DNA from: Deltaproteobacteria bacterium
Lineage (GTDB): Bacteria > Desulfobacterota > Binatia > UTPRO1
NCBI GenBank assembly: GCA_020852955.1
Contig: JADYZW010000047.1
Location: forward strand, 24,436 to 88,435
Direction: 5' to 3'
Length of the DNA stretch: 64,000 nt
The position numbers and the translations under genes were made by a program. The notes beneath the pieces are model-generated. The model worked only from the letters and a program-made list of their open reading frames with translations. It did no database searches and was not told the origin of the DNA. This document shows positions 30,077-38,155 of the stretch, in pieces (the first letter of the stretch is position 1; each line of letters begins with the position of its first letter).

Positions 30077-31941
30077 CGCAGATCGGAGGGCGCGAGAAAC
30101 TCGCCAGGAGCGACCCGGATCGCGGCGTCGTGGGGACACGCGTAGACGCAGTTCGGGCCGTCGTAGCCGGCGCAGAGGTCGCAGACCGTGGCGCGCAGCG
30201 ACACGCCCTCGCGCGGGGGCGGCGGCCGCTTCAGCTCGGAGAGCTCGACCATGTTGATGTTCCCGAAGGGACACTGGTTGGCGCAGCGCTCGCAGCCGAT
30301 GCACCAGTCCTCGATCTTGATCTCGAGCGAATCCTCGCGGCGGATCGAGCCGACCGGGCAGCCGACCATGCACTTCGGGTCGGTGCAGGAGCGGCAGGCC
30401 ATGGTGACGAGGTACCGGCCGATGCGCGGCCCGTCGCGGGTAAAGCGCGCCACCCCGTCGTGGGCGTCGGCGCAGGCGCGCACGCACTCGTCGCAGCGCG
30501 TACAGCGTTCGAGATCTATGAGCAGGACGTTCTGCGAGTTGTAGAGGTTGAGCTCGACGGTCTCCTCGAGCATCGCCTGCTCGTTCGCCGAGCGGCTGAA
30601 GGCGGCCGTCTCGAGCGCGCGCCCAGCCCGCGTCGCGGCCGCCAGCGCCGCGGCATTGGCCTCCGCGAGGCGGCCGAGCGCCTCGGCCGGGACGCGGACC
30701 ACCTCGAAGCTGTCGAGTCCGGAGGCGCGCGCGACCCGCACCGCCGCAGGCGCGTCGACCGCGGTGACGTCCTCGCGTCCGATCTCGAAGACGTACTCGA
30801 CGACGCCGATGTGATCGCCCTCGGCGAGGATGGCCTCGCGGATGCGCTCGCCGTTCAGAAGCGTGTGATTCGCGCTGTCGAGATCGACGATCCAGAGCTC
30901 GCCGTCCCGCTCCTCGACGCGGCAATGGCGACGGCCGATCGCACGGCTCTCCTTCGGCACCAGCATGTCGCAGGACTCGCTGCGACCGATCGTGATGGGC
31001 TTGGTGAGCGCCAGCTCCCGGAAGAGAGTCGGGTGCGACGCGCAGCGCAGGACCAGCCTGGTCCGCGGACGCGCCGGCATGAGCGCCTCGAAGCCGAAGG
31101 CTCCGCCGCGACCGAGATAGGTGAAGACGAACTCCCCGCCGGCCTTCGTCTGCGACATCTTGATGGTGCCGGCACGCACGAGATACAGCGCGTCGGCCGG
31201 CGTGTCCTCCGCGTAGACGACGCCGTCCGAAACCTCGTCGGAGTCGGGCGTGAGGAGCGTGCTCACCGCCGCGAGCGCCTCGATCTGCGAGGCGCTCAGC
31301 TCCGCCAGGAGCGCGCTCTGATGCAGGGTGCTGCGGATGGCGTGCGCCTCGTAGGCCTCGTCGATGGCGTCGCCGGCGCCGCGAATCGTGTCGAGCACCG
31401 AGCGCAGCATCTCGAGCGCGACGCACCGGGTCTCGGCGCGCACCGTCGCCTCGCGCGGGTAGAAATTCACGCAGGTATCGAGCCCGAAGATCTCGCCGGG
31501 ACGGATCGCCGCGGGCCCGAGGCGGCGGTCGTGCGCGAGCGTCGCGTAGCGGCTCACCTCGCCGACCTCGGGACGTCCGGGTGTCCGCTCGGCGCGCCGC
31601 GTACGGCGCCGGAAACCGTCCAAGATCCGGGCGAGCGAGCGCGGCGTACGTCCCTCGACGCTCTTCGCCTCGACCCGCTCGGGAAGGAACGCGGTCGCGG
31701 CGCCCTCGACGAGGAGAAACGCGGTCGAGCCGTAGGCGCCGGCCTCGCAGATGACCTCGCCGGGCTCGTACTCGCGCCGTACGACGGCCTTGATGCCGGG
31801 CTCGCCGGCGTCCGGCGCGGCCCCGAGCAGCGTCGGCAGCTTCAGCTTCGCGCGCTTGCTGCTCTTGAAGAAGTCGAGCTCGGCGACCTCTTCGAGTGAG
31901 AGCCACTGGCCGTCGAGGCCATCGGCGTGTCGTCGTGTCAC
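30073..31941 (-). CDS. Cytoplasmic polyferredoxin (NrfC/DmsB-like 4x[4Fe-4S]) fused to two cNMP-binding-like domains and an FHA domain
   Basis: Start re-called at GTG 31941 (gagggtgag RBS), because the upstream part of the track ORF overlaps hldD in another frame. Domains are CNB1 (GEIFGLD...REATVRAETRCVALEM), CNB2 (LYLVRAGTIKM...GGAFGFEAL) and FHA (ITIGRSESCDMLV...RRHCRVEERDGELWIVDLDSANHTLLNG). The Cys clusters are CTRCDECVRAC, CRSCTDPKCMVGCP, CIGCERCANQCP and CDLC...CVYACP. No signal or Tat motif. Confidence 0.8.
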   Translation of the reverse strand: MTRRHADGLDGQWLSLEEVAELDFFKSSKRAKLKLPTLLGAAPDAGEPGIKAVVRREYEPGEVICEAGAYGSTAFLLVEGAATAFLPERVEAKSVEGRTPRSLARILDGFRRRTRRAERTPGRPEVGEVSRYATLAHDRRLGPAAIRPGEIFGLDTCVNFYPREATVRAETRCVALEMLRSVLDTIRGAGDAIDEAYEAHAIRSTLHQSALLAELSASQIEALAAVSTLLTPDSDEVSDGVVYAEDTPADALYLVRAGTIKMSQTKAGGEFVFTYLGRGGAFGFEALMPARPRTRLVLRCASHPTLFRELALTKPITIGRSESCDMLVPKESRAIGRRHCRVEERDGELWIVDLDSANHTLLNGERIREAILAEGDHIGVVEYVFEIGREDVTAVDAPAAVRVARASGLDSFEVVRVPAEALGRLAEANAAALAAATRAGRALETAAFSRSANEQAMLEETVELNLYNSQNVLLIDLERCTRCDECVRACADAHDGVARFTRDGPRIGRYLVTMACRSCTDPKCMVGCPVGSIRREDSLEIKIEDWCIGCERCANQCPFGNINMVELSELKRPPPPREGVSLRATVCDLCAGYDGPNCVYACPHDAAIRVAPGEFLAPSDLR

Positions 31942-32036
31942 CCGCTCACCCTCGCTTCCCAGCCGGACCGAAAAGCCGGTCGCTCTTAGCAGGAAGGCGC
32001 GAGCCAGGGCAACGATTCCGTCGGGGCGGGGCGGCG

Positions 32037-33011
32037 CTACGCCTCCGCCAGCAAGCGCGCGACGTAGCGCCGCGCGCCTTCCTCGAGCGTCGTGAACGGC
32101 GTCGTCCACCCGGCGCCGCGCACGCGGTCCATCCTCGCTTCGGTCGCGTACTGGTAGCGCGCGCGCAGGCTCTCGGGCATCTCGATGAAGCGGATCCTCG
32201 GGGGAACGCCGAGCGCGGCAAACGTCGCGCGGGCGAGGTCGAGGAAGCTGCGGCTCGCGCCACTGCCGAGATTGAAGATGCCGCGCGCGAGCGGGCGCTC
32301 GAGCGCGAACCAGAGAACCGCGACGACGTCCTCGACATGGACGAAGTCGCGCCGCTGCTCGCCGTCGGCGACGTCCGGCCGATAGCTCTTGAAGAGCCGC
32401 ACCTCGCCGTCGGCGCGGATCTGGTCGTACGCGTGCAGGATGACGCTCGCCATCTTGCCCTTGTGGCGTTCGCCGAAGCCGTAGACGTTGAAGAACTTGA
32501 AGCCGCTCCAGGCCGGCGGCGTCCGACCGGCGCCCTCCTCGCCGAGCGCCCACAGATCGAACCGCTGCTTCGACTCGCCGTAGGGGTTGAGAGGACGGAG
32601 CTTCGGGATCGAGGCCTCGTCGTCGTCGTACCCGTTCGCTCCGTCGCCGTAGGTGGCGGCGCTGCTCGCGTAGACGAAGGGCACGCGGTGCGCGCTCGCC
32701 CAACGCCACAGCCGTTGCGAGTACTCGAGGTTGACCCGCCGGAGATGGTCGAGGTCCATCTCGGTCGTGTCGGTGCACGCGCCGAGGTGGACGATGCCGG
32801 CGAGCCCGGGCGCCTCCGCCGCGAGCCATCCGTCGAGCCCGTCGACGTCCACCCTGGCGCCGAAGTCGAGCCCCCGGTGCTCGGGGCGGTCCACGAAGCT
32901 CGCGAGGCGATCCACCGAAACGAGCGGCACGCCGCGCCGATTGCACGACTCGACGAAGCGCGCGCCGATGAAGCCGGCGGCGCCGGTGACGAGAAGCGCG
33001 CGCGCCGCCAT
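32037..33011 (-). CDS. hldD: ADP-L-glycero-D-manno-heptose 6-epimerase-like NAD-dependent epimerase
   Basis: It has a VTGAAGFIG Rossmann motif, the YASSAATYG catalytic region, and FKFFNVYGFGERHKGKMASVILH typical of HldD/RfaD. Confidence 0.72.
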   Translation of the reverse strand: MAARALLVTGAAGFIGARFVESCNRRGVPLVSVDRLASFVDRPEHRGLDFGARVDVDGLDGWLAAEAPGLAGIVHLGACTDTTEMDLDHLRRVNLEYSQRLWRWASAHRVPFVYASSAATYGDGANGYDDDEASIPKLRPLNPYGESKQRFDLWALGEEGAGRTPPAWSGFKFFNVYGFGERHKGKMASVILHAYDQIRADGEVRLFKSYRPDVADGEQRRDFVHVEDVVAVLWFALERPLARGIFNLGSGASRSFLDLARATFAALGVPPRIRFIEMPESLRARYQYATEARMDRVRGAGWTTPFTTLEEGARRYVARLLAEA

Positions 33012-33018
33012 GGCCGCC

Positions 33019-33999
33019 TCAGTCGCCGAGGAGATACGCGAAGATCAACGGCGCCACGATCGTCGCGTCCGACTGGATCATGAACTTCGGCGTCGCGACC
33101 TCGAGCTTGCCCCAGGTGATCTTCTCGTTCGGCACGGCGCCGGAATAGCCGCCGAAGCTCGTCACCGCATCCGAGATCTGCGCGAAGTATCCCCAGTACG
33201 GCACGTCGTCGCGCTGGAGATCCTGGATGATGGTCGGCACGGCGCAGATCGCGAAGTCGCCTGCGATGCCGCCGCCGACCTGGAAGAAGCCGACGCTCGG
33301 CGTCCCGTCGTCCTTGCCGCAGCTCTCGAGGTACCACTCGATGAGATGCTGCATCTGCTCGGTGCCGCTCTTCACGCACTGGTGATGCGGCAGCGCACCG
33401 CGCAGCACGCCGGCCGCGAACATGTTGCCGGTCGTGCTGTCCTCCCAGCCGGGCGAGTACACCGGAATCCCCTTCTCCCACGCGGCGAGGAGCCAGCTGT
33501 GCTCCGCGGGGATCTGGTAGAACCGCTCCATCTCGCCGTCGCGGAAAAGATCGTGGAGGAACTCGGCCTCGAACTTCCGCTCGCCGCGCTCGCAGGCGAG
33601 TTTCCAGCGCTCGAGGAGCCGACTCTCCAGGTGGCGCATGACGGTCTCGGGGATGCAGGTGTCCGTCACGCGGTTGAAGCCGCGCGCGTAGAGATCGGCC
33701 TCGTCCTGAGCGGAGAGCGCGCGCCAGTCCGGAATGATCTCGTACTCCTCGTAGGCCAGGAGGTTGAAGAGATCCTCTTCGAGATTGGCCCCGGTGCAGC
33801 TGATGGCGTGCACCTTGCCCGCCCGGATCATCCGGCTCAAGATCTGGCCGAGCTTGGCGGTGCTCATCGCGCCGGCGAGCGCCACCAGCATCTTGCCGCC
33901 CGCCGCGAGGTGCGCCTCGTAGGCCTTCGCGGCGGCGACCGTCTCCCGGCTGTTGAAGTGGAGGAAGTGCTTCTCCATGAACGCACGCACGGTGCTCAT
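33019..33999 (-). CDS. Deoxyhypusine synthase-like protein (DHS/homospermidine-synthase family)
   Basis: LVALAGAMSTAKLGQILSRMIRAGKVHAISCTGANLEEDLFNL and the remaining sequence match the bacterial DHS-like family. Confidence 0.82.
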   Translation of the reverse strand: MSTVRAFMEKHFLHFNSRETVAAAKAYEAHLAAGGKMLVALAGAMSTAKLGQILSRMIRAGKVHAISCTGANLEEDLFNLLAYEEYEIIPDWRALSAQDEADLYARGFNRVTDTCIPETVMRHLESRLLERWKLACERGERKFEAEFLHDLFRDGEMERFYQIPAEHSWLLAAWEKGIPVYSPGWEDSTTGNMFAAGVLRGALPHHQCVKSGTEQMQHLIEWYLESCGKDDGTPSVGFFQVGGGIAGDFAICAVPTIIQDLQRDDVPYWGYFAQISDAVTSFGGYSGAVPNEKITWGKLEVATPKFMIQSDATIVAPLIFAYLLGD

Positions 34000-34095
34000 G
34001 GCCCCGCTTGTAGGTGATATTCCGATGCTGCACCAGTCGGCGCGCCGGTTGCAGCTGGCGCGCGGCGCGTGTTACTCGGCGCACCGGGGGTGGGG

Positions 34096-35421
34096 ATGAT
34101 GCGCGCGACGTTCCTCCTGATCGCCTCGATCGGCTTCGGGATGCTGACGGCGACGCCCGTGGCGGCCGGCCCCGGGTTCCTCGGCGACGGGCGGTGCGGC
34201 AATCCCACGTGCCACGGCGCCGGACTCCCGAACCGCGAGAAGCCCGACCCCAAGTGGCGCCCGTGGAAGTCGGCGCGGACGCAGTGGATCAACACCAACA
34301 TCGACCGCCACTCCCGCGCCTATCGCACCCTCGAGACCGACGAGGGGAGGACGATCGCGCGCTACATGGGTATCGAGGCGACTCAGAGCGACAAGTGCCT
34401 CGCCTGCCATGCCCCCGCGGCGACGGCCGCGCCCGGCGGTCGTTACAAGAAGAGCGACGGCGTCACCTGCGAGCACTGTCACGGCCCCGCCGAGCTCTGG
34501 CTCGAGCCGCACTCGCAGAAGGATTGGCCGCAAACGCGCCGCCAGTACGTCTCGAAAGGCTTCTACGACAACGACGACTATGTGCTGCGCGCCCGTAACT
34601 GCGCGCGCTGTCACGTCGCGATCGACCATGAGATCGTGGCCGGCGGCCACCCGCCCCTCCAGTTCGAGCTGGTCGCGTACGCACAGATCATGAAGCACTG
34701 GGACGACCAGGACGAGCTGCCGGCGGGTGCGTTCAGCGTCGACCCCACGATCTGGGCGCTCGGGCAGGTCACCGGCCTCCGCGACGCGCTTCGCATGCTC
34801 TCGGAACGCGCCGACGGCGCCAACTACCAGTCGTTCGACCAGTTCCCCCACTTCGCCGACCGCAACTGCTACACCTGTCATCACAAACTCGTGGACGACG
34901 CGCTCCGCCAGGCGCGCGGCCACTACCTGATGGTCGACGCCGTGCTCTCGGGCGTCGCCACCGGCAAGCGCGACGAGCTCGCCGGCCTCTGGAACGCCGT
35001 CGCCGCCGCCGTCCCGTCGAGCCCGCAGGCCGCCAAGCAGAAGGCCGACGCCATGATCGGCTGGCTCGGAGCGCTGGAAGGGCGGCTCGATGCGATCGAC
35101 CAGAGTGCGACGCGCCGCATGCTCGCCCGCGTGACCGCGGGCGGCGACCGCCTGAAGCTCGCCGAGCGCTTCTCCTTCAGCCGCTCGAAGAGCTCCAACT
35201 GCGTCGACATCGACAACCCGAGCACCCCCTGGTGGTGGACGACCGGCGGCCCAGAGCAGAGCTATCTCGCGATCCGCGCCCTCTGCCGCCCCGCCTGGGG
35301 CGACCGCTGCGACGTCGTCAAGAGCGACATGCGCACGATGCTCGATGCGATCGACCGCTTCGCCTACAAGCCGGACCAGTTCGCAGCGAGCCTCGGAGCG
35401 GTGGGCGCGAAGCTGAAGTGA
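34096..35421 (+). CDS. Periplasmic multihaem cytochrome c (cytochrome c554-like family)
   Basis: Start re-called at ATG 34096 (MMRATFLLIASIGFGMLTATPVAAG). It has four CxxCH motifs (CLACH, CEHCH, CARCH, CYTCH) plus one CX4CH (CGNPTCH). Confidence 0.75.
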   Translation: MMRATFLLIASIGFGMLTATPVAAGPGFLGDGRCGNPTCHGAGLPNREKPDPKWRPWKSARTQWINTNIDRHSRAYRTLETDEGRTIARYMGIEATQSDKCLACHAPAATAAPGGRYKKSDGVTCEHCHGPAELWLEPHSQKDWPQTRRQYVSKGFYDNDDYVLRARNCARCHVAIDHEIVAGGHPPLQFELVAYAQIMKHWDDQDELPAGAFSVDPTIWALGQVTGLRDALRMLSERADGANYQSFDQFPHFADRNCYTCHHKLVDDALRQARGHYLMVDAVLSGVATGKRDELAGLWNAVAAAVPSSPQAAKQKADAMIGWLGALEGRLDAIDQSATRRMLARVTAGGDRLKLAERFSFSRSKSSNCVDIDNPSTPWWWTTGGPEQSYLAIRALCRPAWGDRCDVVKSDMRTMLDAIDRFAYKPDQFAASLGAVGAKLK

Positions 35422-35501
35422 CGGGCGTTCGAACGATCCGCACCGCTACAGTGTCGCGCTCGCATCCAGGCAACCGGACGCGGAACTCCGGGCCCGAAAA
35501 C

Positions 35502-35540
35502 GCGAGGGGACCAACCCCGGTGCGGGATCGGCCCCCTCGC
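35502..35540. terminator. Bidirectional stem-loop between convergent genes
   Basis: An 8-bp stem, gcgagggg (35502-35509) paired with cccctcgc (35533-35540), with an inner cccg/cggg pairing. It lies in the 139-bp gap between the convergent cytochrome and Cys-rich genes. Confidence 0.45.
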
Positions 35541-35560
35541 CGCGCTGCAGCGTCAGCCGG

Positions 35561-37915
35561 TCACGGAACCTTGATCACCGTCTCGCGCTGGATCAGGGCA
35601 CCCGGCCCGGCGAAGCCGGCCGCGATGTCGATCGCGCCGTTGTTCTGCGGCACGCAGTAGACCGCGGCCGTGTCCCTCGTGGGGGTGCCCGGCACGCCCT
35701 CGCGGATGATGCCGCTGTTCACGAAGCACGCACGCGGCCTGAGCTGGCAGGTGTCGCCCGCCGTACAGTAGGGGCACCCGGCCGATGGCTGGCAATCCGC
35801 GGCGGTGTTGCAGCCGCGGATCGGCGTCAGCACGCAGAACTTGTCGGGCGGGCCGTCCGTGCACTTGCCCTCTTGATTGGAGTCGGTGTCGGACGGATCG
35901 GCGCGGCAGTCCGCCGGATGGCAGAAACCCCCGCCGGTGCAATCGGCGTTGGTGTCGCACGGCGCGGCGTCGTTGTCGCCGCCGACGCACGCCTCGAAGC
36001 AGGCATTCGGCCGCTTCTGCCCCGAGCAGAAGCATTGGCCGTTGCACGTGCCTCCCGGGCACTCCGACGGCACCGTGCACGACCGGCCTTCGCTCGTACC
36101 GCCGACGCACGTCTTGTTGCCGAACCCGGCTTCGGTACAGTTGAAGTTGGGGACCAGGGTGACGGTCCCGGTCGTGCGCGGGTTCGCGTTGATGTCGAGC
36201 CCGGTGCCGTTCGGATTGGTGATGAAGTCGGTGTCGGGCGGACAGTCGACGCTCGTCAGGCCGAAGAACGGCAGCTCGCCCCCGAATGGCGGCGTACGCC
36301 GGCACGCTTTGTCCCTGCGGGTGCCGTCGCTGCACACGGCCTCCGTGACGCACGGGCCCATGCCGGGGGCGCAGTCGGTGTCGTCGTCGCAGCGCTGGCG
36401 ATCGACGCCGCAGAAGTTCCCGCATACGGGACAGGGCTTGTCCTGCGTGATCGCGAGGCGCGTGATCGCGCGCTGACGGACCTTCACGGCGGACGTGCCC
36501 GCCGTCAGGTTGACGGTGCCGACGACGTCCTCGCTGAAGAAGCTGACGTTGCAGACCGCGATGCCGCCGGCCGCCTGCGCGACGGGAGACGCATGGAAGG
36601 TCGTCGCGCAGAAGTCGCCCGGAGCGTTGCAGACCGGATCGTTCACGTTCCTGAGGTCGCACTTCTTGTTGATGTCCATGAAGCAGTGCGGACCCGTCGC
36701 GGTGCGCTCCTTGCGACAGGTTCCCTGACCGAGGCCGGCGCAGATCGAATCCGAGGTGGTCCCGGACGGTGCGTTCTCGGCGACGCTGCACGGCGAGTGC
36801 GGCGCGAGCGAGCAGCTCGGGCCGGCATTGCAGAGGCCGCTCATGTCGCAGTCGTAGAGATCGACGAGGAAGCCGCCCTCCTCCACGACGTCGCCGTCGG
36901 CGCTGACCCCCGTCCAGCCGTTGTCGACATCGGCGTTGGCGTCTTCGATGACCACCATGCGAGGCTTGGTCTTGCAGAGGCACGCGAAGAAGCCGTCCGG
37001 TGTGGTGGCGGTGCCGCACTGGCCCGGACACGCCGAATCGTCCGGCCCGTCACACTCCTCGTTCAGGTTGTTCACGACGTTGTCGCCGCAGAGGCCGCCG
37101 CGCGTGGCGTACTCGTAGTCGACGAGATCGGGGGGCACGATGATCTCCGGGCCGTCCGTCAACACGGTCGTCGCGTCGATCAGGCACGTCGCCGCGCCGG
37201 CGGCGTCCGTCTGATCGGGCGTGCACACCTTGAGGGTCGAAACCTGGGGGTTCGTGCACTTCTTCTCGAGGGCGGCCGTGAGCTTGTCCTTGCACTTCTG
37301 GATGGCGGCGCTCGTCTTCGGGTCGTTGGTGGCGCAGTAGTCGGGCGGCACGCCGAGCGGCTTGCCCTTGAGGATCGCGTCGCGGCACTTCGAGACGTTC
37401 TTGAGGACGCAGCTCGAAAACCCGGTCGTCTGCTTCGCGACCTCGGTCTGGCACTTGAGGTCGTCGCCGAGCGGCCCCGTCACGGTCGCGTCGTAGGCGA
37501 GCGCCATCGCCGCGGTCACGAACGCGTCGTGGGTATCCTTCATGCAGAGCTGGAGGTCGGCGGTCGTGAAGCCGTCGCCGGGATCCGGGTCCGTACAGGG
37601 GCCCGGGAATCCCATCAGGTCGAAGTCGGTCGGCGTGAGCGCGCAGGATTTCGCGATGGAGCTCGAGAGCTTTCCGTCGATCTTCGCGAGGGCCCCAGCG
37701 TCCGGCGTCGGACAGGTGCCGTCCTTCAGGTGGGTGTTCTTGCACTTCTGCAGCAGCTTCAGCTTCCCGATCGTGTACTTCTGGGAAGCCTTCGCGCTCG
37801 CGAGCAGGCACTTCAGACGATTCTTGCTGAGCTGCGCGTCGGCGTGCGACGCGGTCAGCATGACCGCGGTCAGTCCGGCGACGATGAAGGACGCTCGGGT
37901 TCGGCCGATCGTCAT
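35561..37915 (-). CDS. Large secreted cysteine-rich protein (about 60 Cys) of unknown function
   Basis: Signal peptide MTIGRTRASFIVAGLTAVMLTASHADA. My hand count gives about 62 Cys in 784 aa and no CxxCH. It contains one Myxococcus-type Cys repeat (CGDNVVNNLNEECDGPDDSACPGQCG). Confidence 0.7.
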   Translation of the reverse strand: MTIGRTRASFIVAGLTAVMLTASHADAQLSKNRLKCLLASAKASQKYTIGKLKLLQKCKNTHLKDGTCPTPDAGALAKIDGKLSSSIAKSCALTPTDFDLMGFPGPCTDPDPGDGFTTADLQLCMKDTHDAFVTAAMALAYDATVTGPLGDDLKCQTEVAKQTTGFSSCVLKNVSKCRDAILKGKPLGVPPDYCATNDPKTSAAIQKCKDKLTAALEKKCTNPQVSTLKVCTPDQTDAAGAATCLIDATTVLTDGPEIIVPPDLVDYEYATRGGLCGDNVVNNLNEECDGPDDSACPGQCGTATTPDGFFACLCKTKPRMVVIEDANADVDNGWTGVSADGDVVEEGGFLVDLYDCDMSGLCNAGPSCSLAPHSPCSVAENAPSGTTSDSICAGLGQGTCRKERTATGPHCFMDINKKCDLRNVNDPVCNAPGDFCATTFHASPVAQAAGGIAVCNVSFFSEDVVGTVNLTAGTSAVKVRQRAITRLAITQDKPCPVCGNFCGVDRQRCDDDTDCAPGMGPCVTEAVCSDGTRRDKACRRTPPFGGELPFFGLTSVDCPPDTDFITNPNGTGLDINANPRTTGTVTLVPNFNCTEAGFGNKTCVGGTSEGRSCTVPSECPGGTCNGQCFCSGQKRPNACFEACVGGDNDAAPCDTNADCTGGGFCHPADCRADPSDTDSNQEGKCTDGPPDKFCVLTPIRGCNTAADCQPSAGCPYCTAGDTCQLRPRACFVNSGIIREGVPGTPTRDTAAVYCVPQNNGAIDIAAGFAGPGALIQRETVIKVP

Positions 37916-38155
37916 GTGGAGGCCTCCTCTCTCGGCATGGGCGTACGTTGGCTTGGGGCTCGTCGGCTAGCAGCGCTCGCTCCATCGCTGCAAGCCGCAT
38001 CGCGGCGTAGGGATTCCGACATCGGCACTGGTCTCCGGAACGGGGACGCCCCCCGGGGACTTGGCGGAAGCCTAGCAGACTCGGATTGCCGAACGGGAGG
38101 GAAAAATTACATCGCAGGTCGAAAAGCAACCGCGCTGCCCGCGCCGGCCCCCGGG

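Noticed and set aside
30073-30560. The four-cluster ferredoxin domain read as NrfC of a nitrite-reductase (Nrf) operon, or as a DMSO/polysulfide reductase beta subunit.
   Set aside because: The window has no NrfA pentahaem (CxxCK) gene, no NrfD-like 8-10 TM subunit and no molybdopterin catalytic subunit. The protein also lacks a Tat signal.
37916-38155. Candidate promoter TTGCTT-N14-TAATTT on the minus strand, plus small GC hairpins, in the 240-bp spacer upstream of the Cys-rich gene.
   Set aside because: The 14-nt spacer is too short for a good sigma70 promoter and the hairpins are weak. I mention it only within the Cys-rich protein finding.
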